Source of the DNA: Yuukianura sp. NJ FZ-2021
Lineage: Eukaryota
Assembly (NCBI GenBank): GCA_046563655.1
Contig: CM102290.1
Span: 13,330,001-13,394,000, forward strand
Length of the DNA: 64,000 nucleotides
Direction: 5' to 3'
Below the pieces are notes generated by a model, which was not told where the DNA came from, made no database searches, and was given only the letters and a program-made list of their open reading frames with translations. Each line of letters starts with the position of its first letter. Position 1 is the stretch's first letter. Position numbers and translations under genes: made by a program. This document shows, piece by piece, positions 1 to 11,098 of this stretch.

Positions 1-48
1 ATACGAAACGAAGCGTGAACAAAAATAAGACAAAATCGGGTTGAGTTA

Positions 49-1286
49 TTAACCTGTTTTGCAATAGTCAAATACGTCCTTGAACTCGTCACCAAGGCAA
101 TGAAATCCTTTCAGTTTCTGTTGATATTCCCCATCTAAGCAAATCCAATCCGACCTGGCATCGCAAACAAGTTGGTTGTCTTCATGATCTTCCTGTTCTC
201 GCCCAACCCGGACAGTAGACCGAGTCGAGTCCAGCAGAACTTTGAAAACGTTTTCTGGCAAGTAAGTCAAATTTCTGTTTCCCTCCAGATTGACCTCTGC
301 ATATGGACTGATCCCTTCAAAGCATCCAGGGGACAGCAACTCTGATGAAATTTGATTTGATGCCAAATTAAGTAATGTGAGAGTTGGCTGATAGGCAAAT
401 GGACTTAGCCCAATTTCCTTGACATCCGTGGAATCAAATTCAATCGTCTCCAGATATCGCAGACCTTTGAATGCATTATCCACAATTGTGGAAATTCCAT
501 GTGAAAAAAATGACAGATATTTCAAATTTGTAAAACTTCTGATGAAGGGATAAACATTGTTGGATCGACCATGTTGAATAACGATAGTCGTTGTGTACTG
601 GTGTGTGCTTGGAAATGCATCACTATTGATACTGAGGTGTTGAGTACTGCTGAGAATGAACTGAATTGTTCCAAATTTGAGTCCAGTCATCACATTTGCT
701 GGAATTGTGACTTCGTAGGCGGAGGGGCTGGAGCTTATCGTTAATTCCTCAAATATTGGGTTTGTTCCTGAAGCTTCAGATATTTGATCAAACATTTTCT
801 TGTAGTCCGTCCCTGTGGAAACTGTGCAATTGACAGTTCGCTCAAACTCGGCATTCTGTTCGCATATGCACTCCACCGGAAACGATTCTGAAGGAGGACA
901 TTCTCCACCCAAGGTTTCTATAGCAACAAAATAGCATTAAGAGGTTAAGCAATAAGTCCCGCTTTCAGAAAATCTCTCCCCAAACTTTTTTTTCACCCAA
1001 GTTTCACCCAGACTTGTTTTGTGCAAAAATGTAAATGTTTGCACCAAACTTAACGTTCAAAATGAATGAAAAAAATTCGGTTTCCAAAAATCGCCCAGGA
1101 AACTAGACTTGCCGTGATTGTCTTTTCATTTTTGCAATTTTGGGGGAATAAAAAATAAAAAGCGACTTATTGCCTAACTTGTTAAAGAAAAAACTATTTT
1201 CTCGTTAACGAACCTTGTTGTCCACCAGCTGAAACTTTTAGCACAGGAGCCAATAATACCAATAGGAACAATTGTAGCCGTTGCAT
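49..1286 (-). CDS. Secreted leucine-rich repeat protein (~313 aa), 2 exons (1286-1214, 917-49)
   Basis: Exon 1 encodes a signal peptide (MQRLQLFLLVLLAPVLKVSA). It joins in frame to ORF 49..912, which has LRR motifs (LKYLSF, LTLLNLASNQI, VNLEGNRNL) and Cys-rich caps. The only intron is a TIR element. Confidence 0.85.
910..1217 (-). mobile_element. CAAGG-TIR element forming intron 918-1213 of the LRR gene
   Basis: Termini caaggttt...gaaccttg; 9-bp TSD ttctccacc (901-909) / ttgtccacc (1218-1226); on the minus strand CAAG|GTTCGT ... GCTATAG|AAACCTTG. The interior aligns with copies at 6076 and 7134. Confidence 0.92.
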
Positions 1287-2458
1287 AATTGACTTCTCAA
1301 ATTTATATTTTGCACTTGAAATTCTGATTTAAATTTAAATTTCGTTTTGCCTCACGATTTTAGCAGCTTACTTTTCTGAACCTTACTCCAAATAAAACCA
1401 GCAAACTAATCATGCACTTTTAAAGGTTACTTTTGGATCCGTATTACATCAGCAAATATAAATAATCACATCATACACGTTTTCTATCTAAAACTAATCT
1501 TGATCACTACTTGAATTGGAGTAAGTGTATTGTTTTTAACAAAACAAGGAACAATGGTTTTCAAATTTTTGAGTGATTTCTGGCTTTTTACTGATGTCAC
1601 CTGTTATGCAATCTGGGTTCGAAGTCGGTAACTTACGTCATGTAGTCATGTTGTAACTTACCGTCATACATTACGTAACTTTCAAAAGGGTTTTGTAAGT
1701 TACTAGTTTTATCATACGTACTTATGTTAGTTACGTAACTTATGTATTTTTGGTGAAAAATACCGTAAACTTCGAACACCCTGTTTGAAATACAAATTTA
1801 GACACATATGAAAACATTCAGTTTTTCAAAATCATTTTTTCCATGTTCTACTAAAACTTTTTGGCAACTTCTTCCATTAGGTTATTAGACAACATTTAAA
1901 AAAAAACTGTTAACTTCAAGAAACATGTCAACGGTCTAAGGCGACTGGAATTTTTTTTTACAAATTTGAAAAGTGTCTTTTCAAAATAGGCAAATTATAA
2001 CTGATCTTCTGTTTTAAACAGTGACAATGCAGTGTAAAACTCAACAAAAGATCGGGATTCACCGTAAATTGGTTAGCAGAAACAGAACTGGATCCACCCC
2101 TAAATTAAGTGCATGGTTCTTGCATGACGAAAGGATGACCACCGTAATTGTTCAAATTAAACGCGTGGGTGAAAGCAAATCACGTCATTCGGCTCTCAAG
2201 CGGAGAAAAGGACTGTTTGATGTTCCAAAATGACAATTCCACCCTCTTCAAAATCCCGTTCTTAACTTTTCAGTCTTTTTAAGACTGAAGTCTTTTTAAT
2301 TTTGTTTTGAAAAATGTGACAAATTTTATACATGTTGAATTCATCTCCTCCCTCCTTGGATTCAGCTTCAATTAGGAAACTAGAAATACAGTAACTTACA
2401 CTGTAGTTCAGAGCTCAATATTGTAGTGGTGTTTAGTTGGACAAATTCTGAACGAACC

Positions 2459-2716
2459 CAAGGTTTGTTGACTTTGAATTTCTTTAACAGGTTGAGTAAT
2501 ACCTCATGTTTTTTCAATTTTGCACAAAAACAGTGTCATTCATTTCATGGTATCGTAGTCATAACAAAAAACAGCTGAATTTTCTAGATTTTACTACAAA
2601 TTTTTGGCAATTTTTGTTTGGATTGGAACCAAAATTGGTACCATTTTTTTTTGTCAACAAGGAAGGTAGTACTCAACCTGTTAAAGAATATTCATTTTCG
2701 TTGTCAAGGAACCTTG
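2459..2716 (+). mobile_element. CAAGG-TIR element, non-coding copy
   Basis: caaggtttgttgac...gttgtcaaggaaccttg, subterminal ttaacaggtt/aacctgttaa; degenerate 9-bp TSD gaacgaacc/gaacatacc. Confidence 0.8.
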
Positions 2717-5082
2717 GAACATACCCAAATTACGTCATCTCAATTCTAAAATATTTTGACAAAATGAACTAAAACGTTTTTAGCAACATTGTTGCTATAT
2801 TTAAGATTAGAGGTATGTATATCATATGCATGTGCTAACTATGCCACAAAGGTAATGTATTGGCTTAGGTAGAAATTGACAAATTGAAAAGCAAAGAGCC
2901 CCAAAACATAGATTCCATAGTGAGAAATTTACGCTACATACAGAATCAATGTAAAATTAGAAGTCAGAAGGGAAAGAAGCGAGGGACCGGAACCAAAAGT
3001 TCCAATGAAAGCATCGCTTCCTCAACATCTTTTATTCTTCATGTCCAATCTGCATCAGACAGGCTTTCATTTCACTTCTACATAAATTCCCACGGACACT
3101 TCAAAACGCTTTCCCAAATACCGAAATTAGTAATTGTTTTCGTACTGTTCCACAATCAATCTTGAAGATTGATTTTGAAGTGCTAGTTGTTCCAAACCGC
3201 ACTAAACTTTTTTCTGTGTATTCAATTGACATTGTACTATTGTCAAAAATTGCCGCAGTATTTCATTTGTCAACGGAATTTACAAAGAACGACCTAAAAA
3301 TCTTAGAGGCCAATCGAATTGCGAAGTTGTTTTTACGTTTCTACGAAAAGAAGTTGCATTTTTTCAGGTTTCTTACGCTTCCCAGTTGCATTTCTTGGTC
3401 GAGAAGAAACACAGTGTCAGTTTCTGCGTTGATTTCGAATACTAAATCATTCTCCTTATATTTATTGATGTTTACTAGAATCACTCAAAAATATTTGTAG
3501 TAAGCAACGCTTCTGCGTCGATTTTATCATCAGAAGGTGAGCAATTTAATTCCATTTGTAATAGAACACGAGTTTGTAAATAATTGTTTTCATATTTAAC
3601 AAATTGTGGTAGAAAAAAATACACACAAAATCTAAAAATTTTTTTTGTACTCAAAAGCATTAGTAATACATGTGATACATGTATACTACATGTCTAATAC
3701 ACGTGAAAAATTTCTTTTCAAATTCAAGCTGTGCGCTTCCGCTACTTGCTTATGCTCGGTTTGTATCCGATTAATTTTTGTAACACTCAACTGCACACTT
3801 CTTTAAAGTCATTTGTCGTCATTATAGTATTTAATAATACGATCCATTGAACAATAAGGCGTACATCGCAGGTTAGCTATTGTTTTTGCTCTACCGTGTC
3901 TAATAGATACTAAAAATTTATGTACAAAAGTACATGGAATTAAACTTGTTAAATGGCCATGGGCAAAGGAAACGGACGGGAAGTTTCTACAAGTGGAATT
4001 TTAACATTTCTCATTCTCATTAACATTTCAAAAATAGAAGGGGGCACTCTTCCCATAAAAAAATTTTTTTTTCATTTTTTGTCCCAAATCGATTAAAAAG
4101 TGTTTCTCACATTATAAAACATGAAATGAACAAAAAAAAAAAACTTTTTGTGAAAATTTCAAAATGGACTCAGAATTCTTCGTATCCGAAAAATAAACGT
4201 TTTTTTTTTCTTCCTTTTCAAATTTTTTGACGTTTCAAGCTTATTTCCAACCACTTACAAAAAAAAAATTTTTTTTATTGGCAGGGTCCCCTTTTGGCAT
4301 TTTTGAATCAAAAAAAATTTTTTTTTTCACTTTTTGTTCCAAACCGATTTAAAAGTGATTCTCACACTATAAAACCTGAAATGATTCTTCTATGGAAATT
4401 GGAACGCGTCGGTAATGGAGCATTTAGTGTACACTAACTTTTCAGGAATATTTAGAGGCTGGGGTTTGAATTGTTATTTGCACGCTTTTCACTTTGAAAT
4501 TAAAAAAAGCAATGCTACTGAACTTTATTGACTCGATTTCTGATGGTTTTCTTTTTAATTGTATCAGCAATAGCTGTGTCACGATCAAACCGAAAGAATA
4601 AACCATTTCATGAGCATCTCACCACAAAGCTTTTCCTTTTCTTTTACGGAATACAAAGCAAACCGTACGATCAAGTGAACTTCAATGAAAAATTGGTTCT
4701 CCATTTGCGTTTTTGTCGTAACGCAGTTTCAGAAAGTTTTAAGGATTCTACCAAGCAGTTTCAAATGCTGTCTTAAAAAAGGATAATAAAATTGGAAGCG
4801 CTTTTTTGTTGCCATTACTCGGCGCCTCAACATGGATGAATTAAGAACTTTGAAATAGGAAAAGTTAAATGTAATGGAAGTTAGTAATTCTTTGTTCTGT
4901 TTTGGACGCTCCGAAATTTACCATGCATAGCGTAGCGTAACCAACCTCAACATATGTCAATACATTCTGTACGGTTTTGAATGTTCCACCATTTTGGTTT
5001 TGGTGTTCAGAAAGAATGAGAAGAATCAATTTGTCATCACATGTTACCGTAGATTTCCAACTAGTAACCCAGGGGTGTACTA

Positions 5083-5540
5083 CAGTAGAGACTCTCAAAT
5101 TGTAACTCCCTTTTTACTTTTATGGCGGAACACCGCAAAACTGAAGTACTAAACTTGAAGCCAGTCAACTGCTGACACTTTGGGTTGTCCCAAGGTTCGT
5201 AGAAAAACAAAACTTTCTTTCTACACCAGGTTGTCCAATAACTCCATGTTTTGAGAATTGTTAAAAAATTCGCAAAATATTTCCCCCGTTACTTGTCTAT
5301 GGTAATTATTTATATGTTGTGTAGTGTTGTGTAGTGTCCTAATGGAAATTACAGGGAAAAAATTATTTTTGCAAGATTTTTCAAAATCCCGAGTAATTGG
5401 GCAACCTGTTGTAGGAATACATTTGGGTTCTTAAGGAACCTTGGGTTGTCCTATACGATAGCTGGGATGTAATCCGTTTGCGGTAAATGTTAATCAAAAC
5501 AAACCAATCACAATGAGTTGCAATTCGAGTGGATCTACTG
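5083..5540. mobile_element. CAGTA-type MITE (Tc1/mariner/pogo-like, TA TSD) interrupted by a CAAGG element
   Basis: ta-cagtagagactctcaaattgtaactc...gagttgcaattcgagtggatctactg-ta; ~197 bp after removing the insert, similar in size to the copies at 28363, 30129 and 32947. Confidence 0.8.
5191..5443 (+). mobile_element. CAAGG-TIR element, 8-bp TSD subfamily
   Basis: caaggttcgt...ttaaggaaccttg; TSD ggttgtcc (5183-5190 / 5444-5451); subterminal ctacaccaggttgtccaataactc shared with the copy at 59869. Confidence 0.85.
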
Positions 5541-5619
5541 TATTTGGAAATCTACGGTAATCTAAAAGAAGTTAAATCCAAAGTTCTTAGTCACCGTATC
5601 TGTTTATTTTCTGTTGAAG

Positions 5620-8600
5620 ATGGTGGTGATTCTACAACAAACAACAACGGATAACGGAAAACGATTTGTGTCAACACTCGTCGAGGACCAACAAGGCACA
5701 GTAACGACGAGTCGATTGGCGGGAAATTTCAACAGCACTTTGACTAATTCAGTGTCCGAGCAGAGCGCAATTTACAAACAAAGAATTGACAGTTTATTTG
5801 GATGCCCAAAGGGTCCACCTCCAACTACAATCGTCACCACAGCAACTCCATTCAGAAAAACGTTTAATCTGCCCAAATTTCTGCCGTTAACGAGCATGTC
5901 AAGCATTAAGGCCGACATTGTTACCTCAGAAGACGAAGGTTATCAACGAATTGACGAAGATGAAGTTAATTCATCTCTGCTTCCGGATTCTCTGAACTTT
6001 GACACCGGGGTATCCAGAACTAACTTTCCAGATTCTAGTCCTTGGAGGAACAGAACTTACTGTAACATGACCAGCCAAGGTTCGTAAACAAGAAAATAGT
6101 CTTTTGCTTTAACTGGTTAGGCGATAAGTCGCTTTTTTATTTTTTCATCCCAAAATGTCAATAATAAAAAGACAATCACGGCTAGTCTCATTCCCTGGAC
6201 AATTTTTGTAAATCAAATTTTTTTCATTCATTTTGAACGTTCAGTTTAGTACAAACGTTTACATTTTTGCACAAAAAGGGTGATAAACCACTCTGTGTGA
6301 AGAAAAAGTTTGGGAGAGATTTTCAGAAAGCGGGAGTTATTGCCTAACCTGTTAAAGAAATTATATTTTGTTGCTATAGGAACCTTGATGACCAGCAGCC
6401 ATTTTGCGACTGATATTCGGCGACAACTGGACGATGAAGTGAAACTTCCAATTTCATCTAACGGAATTCTTCAGTTTCCAGCACAATACTTGGGGTCCGT
6501 TGGATTGCAAGGGGCGACCGCCACTTTGCAGGATCTGCAAAGTCCCCTGCGATCTTTGTACTTAAACTTTTTAAAAAACAGGAACATTTCCTCCGGTCAA
6601 CTGTCTATAGCTTCAGAGGGACTTCAGTTTGACTGTAAAACTCTACGCCTAATCAGTCCGTTTTCGACAATTTCTGTTTGGGCGGCTATTAAATTTGTTG
6701 TCCGCGGTGATCCGCCTATGGAATGTGCCTTTATGCCACTCATTTCCGATCCGGAAGGACAAGACAAGCGAAGACTTTTTGGAAAAATGGATTCTGACCT
6801 TGGACATGCCTATTTGACTTCCTTGAGAAGTGCGAACCTAACGGGATTCCGAAATCCGCCGATCTTTGCCTGTGTGACACGACAAGGAGTGCCTCAACGG
6901 TCCGAATGTGTTGGATTTACATGCAAGTCGGCTGAAGATGCTATCGTTATCGCTGCAAATTTGTATCAACATCTATTAGTCAATGAACTGAAGACACACA
7001 AGGAAGGAGAAAGTGGCTACGGCAGTTTGACCAACACTTCTCCGATGACAACCAATCAAAATTCTCCAAACAGCAGCAGTCGAGAAGAAGTCAACCGTCC
7101 ATTTTCTTCAGCATCTTCTCTATTGACTCCAACCAAGGTTCGTAAACAAGAAAATAGTTTTTTCCTTAACAGGTTAGGCAACAATTCCCGTTTTCTATTT
7201 TTTTCCTCCAAAATTTCAAATACAAAAAGACAATCACGACAAGTCTCGTTTCCTGGGCAATTTTTGTAAATCGAATTTTTTCCATTCCACTCATTTTGAA
7301 CGTTCAGTTTGGTACAAACGTTTACATTTTTGTACAAAAAACAGCGATAAACAACACTGGGTGAAACTTGGGTAAAAAAAAAGTTTGGGGAGAGATTTTC
7401 TGAAAGTGGGACTTATTGCCTAACCTGTTAAAGAAAAATATTTCGTTGCTATAGGAACCTTGGACTCCAACTAATGCTTCCGGAAGCACATCTTTTGAGT
7501 CTCGGAAGCCAGACAAGATTAAAGACGCAGCACCTCCTTTGCGACCTCCGCGTCGTCATAGAAACGACGCAGCATCGAGCCGAGGATGTTCGAAGGAATA
7601 CAATTCTGACGACTCTTGTTCCGTTGTTCTCAAGGTGCCAATCCAGAGAAGAAAGTCGTTCAAAACTTACAGTCATCGCTACCAGCGTTCGAATCCCGCC
7701 AAGCTCAAAAAACGTGTCAAAATTTCAACGCCACCAGACCATGGACCTTCTACTGACACAATTGAACGAATCTTGGACAAGCTGGTACATCCAAGAAGCA
7801 GGTCACTCAATGACCTCAAACCTTCTTATAAAAAGTTAATTTTAAAGTTAGCTTTGATTTTAACCCACGATCATCGGTCTAAAAACAAAGAAAGTCCACG
7901 GAAACGACACGGTCGGAATACAAACAAACCGGCAGTGTCCAAGTTACGCAACCAAAGAGAAGCAGAACAAGTTGGAAATCTAGGTAAACCATTGGGCAAA
8001 ATGGCGCTAGGAAAAGGCGGAGCTTCACCATTGCGGACTAATCCGGGGACAGTATCTGCTAATCCTATGGTCAAAGGAGAAATAGCAGGTCAGAGTTCAA
8101 GGTCAACCAAAAGTCGGCATGATTTGTCAATTTGCAGTGGATGTGTCTGTAACAATTGCTCAGACAAATGCTACTGTTCTTTACCGACGAATACTTGCAA
8201 GTCTGCGGGTTCGTCATCTGCGAGCCAAGGTTTGTAAAACAAGAAGATAATTTTTTTTCTTCAACAGGTTAGGCAGTAACTCGAACTTTTTAAATTTTGT
8301 TAAAAAATAAGCATAACTTAGTGCATCGTGCCTTCCAATATCTATAATCATTGCCATATGGCAATGATTTATAAGAAATCAACTGGGATTGGAGGAAAGT
8401 TGGAGGAAAAAATTGTTTGAATTCGAGATTTTTCGAAAACAAGACTTGTTGCTTAACCTGTTAAACAATGACTATTTCGTTGCTGTAGGAACCTTGTCTG
8501 CGAGCAGTACTCCATGTCGACGGGATGGTGGCAGTATCCAGTCAAGCAAGAAATTAGGACTGTTGAAGCCAAGGGACACTGGTTGTGGTTACATGTGTTA

Positions 8601-11098
8601 CGAAACGGAGAGTTGCGCAGAGAGTGAGAAATGTTACTGTTCTCTCCAAGGTGTCAAATCCAATGGTCTCAAAGTGTACAACATCAATTTGGACACAGAG
8701 ACTTCCGATACAGACACAAACTCATATGACCTACAGTCATTCAATCACAGTTCAACAATTCCCAACATTCATTGTAATGACATTGCGGGTCAGCGGGGTC
8801 AAGGGTCAACCCCCATTAAAATCCTGGCGTACAATCCAGGAAGACGACATTCCAGTGACTCTCAAGTGTCAAGGGAGATGAGTGGACTTGTACATAGACA
8901 AAATTCAAATGGAAATGGACCGCCGTCTTCCAAAACGAAAAATGAAACTACTCTGGTAAAGTCAACTTTGAATTTCAGTTTCATTTCGAAATTTTAATAA
9001 TTATGCAGTCCAAAAATTTCAAGATTTTCAAAAACTAAAAATGTTGGGGAAGAACTAGGTTAATACACGACAAATCAGAACGGTTCTGCATCAATTCAAC
9101 TTGAGAGCCACACGTTTTCCCAACTGCAGCCTTGAAATACATTTTGTGAAATGATTTACTTTCAGTTTTGCTTTCGTTTTTTGAAGTACCGTAAAACTTC
9201 TAATAATCGTCGGGTCTCTATGATACTCCGCGGGGTTCAACTCAGACTTAGAATTGAACGAGGGGATAAATGTTGAGAGTTTGAATAAACGGCCGGACGT
9301 TTATTAGGAGTTTTACGGTACAAAACATAGCCATAGGTTGCTATAGAACTCATTATTTATAATAATGCGCTAACAGGTTATGCCATAACTCCATTTAAAA
9401 AAAAACACGAAAAAAACAACAACTTTTGTACCAATTTTGTTGATTTTCACAATAATCTTTTGAATTTTTTTAATTTTCATCTTAGTGAGTCATAGTGTTT
9501 CTACAGAAGGACTTTTGGAAAAAGTAAGGATTAGGCTAACAAATTCACTACAGTGCATTTTCCTTTTTTATGGAAATTTAAAAAATTCCAGAATATTGAT
9601 TTTTAAAAACAGCATCACACCTTCTAACTTTCTACAGAAGGACTTTTGGAAAAAGTCAGGATTAGGCTAACAAATTCACTACAGTGCATTTTCCTTTTTT
9701 ATGGAAATTTAAAAAATTCCAGAATATTGATTTTTAAAAACAGCATCACACCTTCTAACTTTCTACAGAAGGACTTTTGGAAAAAGTCAGGATTAGGCTA
9801 ACAAATTCACTACAGTGCATTTTCCTTTTTTATGGAAATTTAAAAAATTCCAGAATATTGATTTTTAAAAACAGCATCACACCTTCTAACTTTCTACAGA
9901 AGGACTTTTGGAAAAAGTCAGGATTAGGCTAACAAATTCACTACAGTGCATTTTCCTTTTTTATGGAAATTTAAAAAATTCCAGAATATTGATTTTTAAA
10001 AACAGCATCACACCTTCTAACTTTCTACAGAAGGACTTTTGGAAAAAGTCAGGATTAGGCTAACAAATTCACTACAGTGCATTTTCCTTTTTTATGGAAA
10101 TTTAAAAAATTCCAGAATATTGATTTTTAAAAACAGCATCACACCTTCTAACTTTCTACAGAAGGACTTTTGGAAAAAGTCAGGATTAGGCTAACAAATT
10201 CACTACAGTGCATTTTCCTTTTTTATGGAAATTTAAAAAATTCCAGAATATTGATTTTTAAAAACAGCATCACACCTTCTAACTTTCTACAGAAGAACTT
10301 TTGAAAAAAGTCAGGATTAGGCTAACAAATTCACTACAGTGCATTTTCCTTTTTTATGGAAATTTAAAAAATTCCAGAATATTGATTTATAAAAACAGCA
10401 TCACACCTTCTAACTTTCTACAGAAGGACTTTTGGAAAAAGTCAGGATTAGGCTAACAAATTCACTACAGTGCATTTTCCTTTTTTTATGGAAATATTAA
10501 ACGTTTGAAACGGACAGACCGACAGTACTTTTTACAAATTAGCACCTTCAATTCTAATCAACAACTCGAAGTTATTTTCTTGGCAACGGCATAGGCCCTT
10601 CTTCGTCTAAACCCCATAATTATAGGTTTGTAAATTCCTTTCATCGTTAAATTCCAGGAAGATGAAATGCATCCTAAAGGTCGAAGTTCACCAAGCCGGC
10701 GGCAGCGTAAGAAAGTTCTTTTGCTGAGTGATTGCTCAACGTCGTCCAGAGAAGACTTGTTGATGGGCCATGACGATTGTTCAGCACAACGTCAGTATAA
10801 CAGACCCAGCAGAGTCCTTGGTCACATTCCAGAGGATGACGATTGTAGCCTTACTTTCCCAACGGACAATTCCATCCACTCAGTTCAAGTGCTGGACATG
10901 AAGAAAACGGCAGAAATTGAAGCAATGTTTACAACTCTCAACATTGGGCAAAACCGTACCGTAGTCGATGGAAATCCAAGAATTGGGAGAGATCAGGAGG
11001 TTGTTCCTATACGCAGAAAATCATGCGCTGCACTCAAAACTGTTCGCTACTCTTCAGTTACAAGTGACTTTCAAACGTCTTTAGGTTATCTTCCATGA
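5620..11098 (+). CDS. PTB/PID-domain protein (~966 aa); exons 5620-6079, 6380-7137, 7455-8229, 8489-8955, 10658-11098
   Basis: Exons join in frame (2901 nt). PTB-like core FPAQYLGSV...WAAIKFV...ECVGFTCKSAEDAIVIAANLYQ, Cys motifs (SDKCYCS, SEKCYCS), C-terminus SLGYLP. Confidence 0.8.
6076..6387 (+). mobile_element. CAAGG-TIR element forming intron 6080-6379
   Basis: Perfect 9-bp TSD atgaccagc (6067-6075 / 6388-6396); CAAG|GTTCGT donor; CTAAC at 6344-6348; GCTATAG|GAACCTTG acceptor; spliced product MTS-QGTL-MTS. Confidence 0.95.
7134..7462 (+). mobile_element. CAAGG-TIR element forming intron 7138-7454
   Basis: Perfect 9-bp TSD gactccaac (7125-7133 / 7463-7471); same splice signals as the 6076 copy; spliced product LTPT-KEPW-TPT continues into the RPPRRHRN frame. 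Confidence 0.95.
8226..8496 (+). mobile_element. CAAGG-TIR element (divergent interior) forming intron 8230-8488
   Basis: Perfect 9-bp TSD tctgcgagc (8217-8225 / 8497-8505); CAAG|GTTTGT ... GCTGTAG|GAACCTTG; spliced product SAS-QGTL-SAS. Confidence 0.93.
9189..9318. mobile_element. TA-flanked MITE (CCGTAAAACT...AGTTTTACGG)
   Basis: Terminal inverted repeat ccgtaaaacttctaataa / ttattaggagttttacgg with TA on both sides, in an intron. Confidence 0.75.
9332..9475 (+). mobile_element. Left-end fragment of a CAAGG/CATAGG element
   Basis: Starts cataggtt; ataatgcgctaacaggttatgccataactcca...caattttgttgattttcacaataa aligns with the copy at 31974; no right TIR found. Confidence 0.6.
9498..10494. repeat. 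131-bp tandem repeat, ~7.6 near-identical copies, intronic
   Basis: ctacagaagg/ctacagaaga recurs at 9501, 9632, 9763, 9894, 10025, 10156, 10287 and 10418. Confidence 0.97.

Larger units (their letters stand above)
5047..5557. mobile_element. Very short TA-flanked TIR element (CCGTAGATTTCCAA...TTGGAAATCTACGG) hosting nested insertions
   Basis: Perfect 14-bp inverted repeat flanked by TA on both sides; only ~50 bp remain when the nested elements are removed. Confidence 0.65.

Noticed and set aside
1612..1783. hAT-like MITE (gggttcgaagt...acttcgaacaccctg)
   Set aside because: Left end is degenerate and there is no TSD, so boundaries cannot be supported.
6310..6379. Shared N-terminal peptide (RELLPNLLKK-like) in ORFs 6310, 7056 and 8389 as a protein motif
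   Set aside because: It is the translation of the element's TIR inside predicted introns.
9498..10494. CRISPR array
   Set aside because: Whole 131-bp units are near-identical, with no variable spacers or cas genes.
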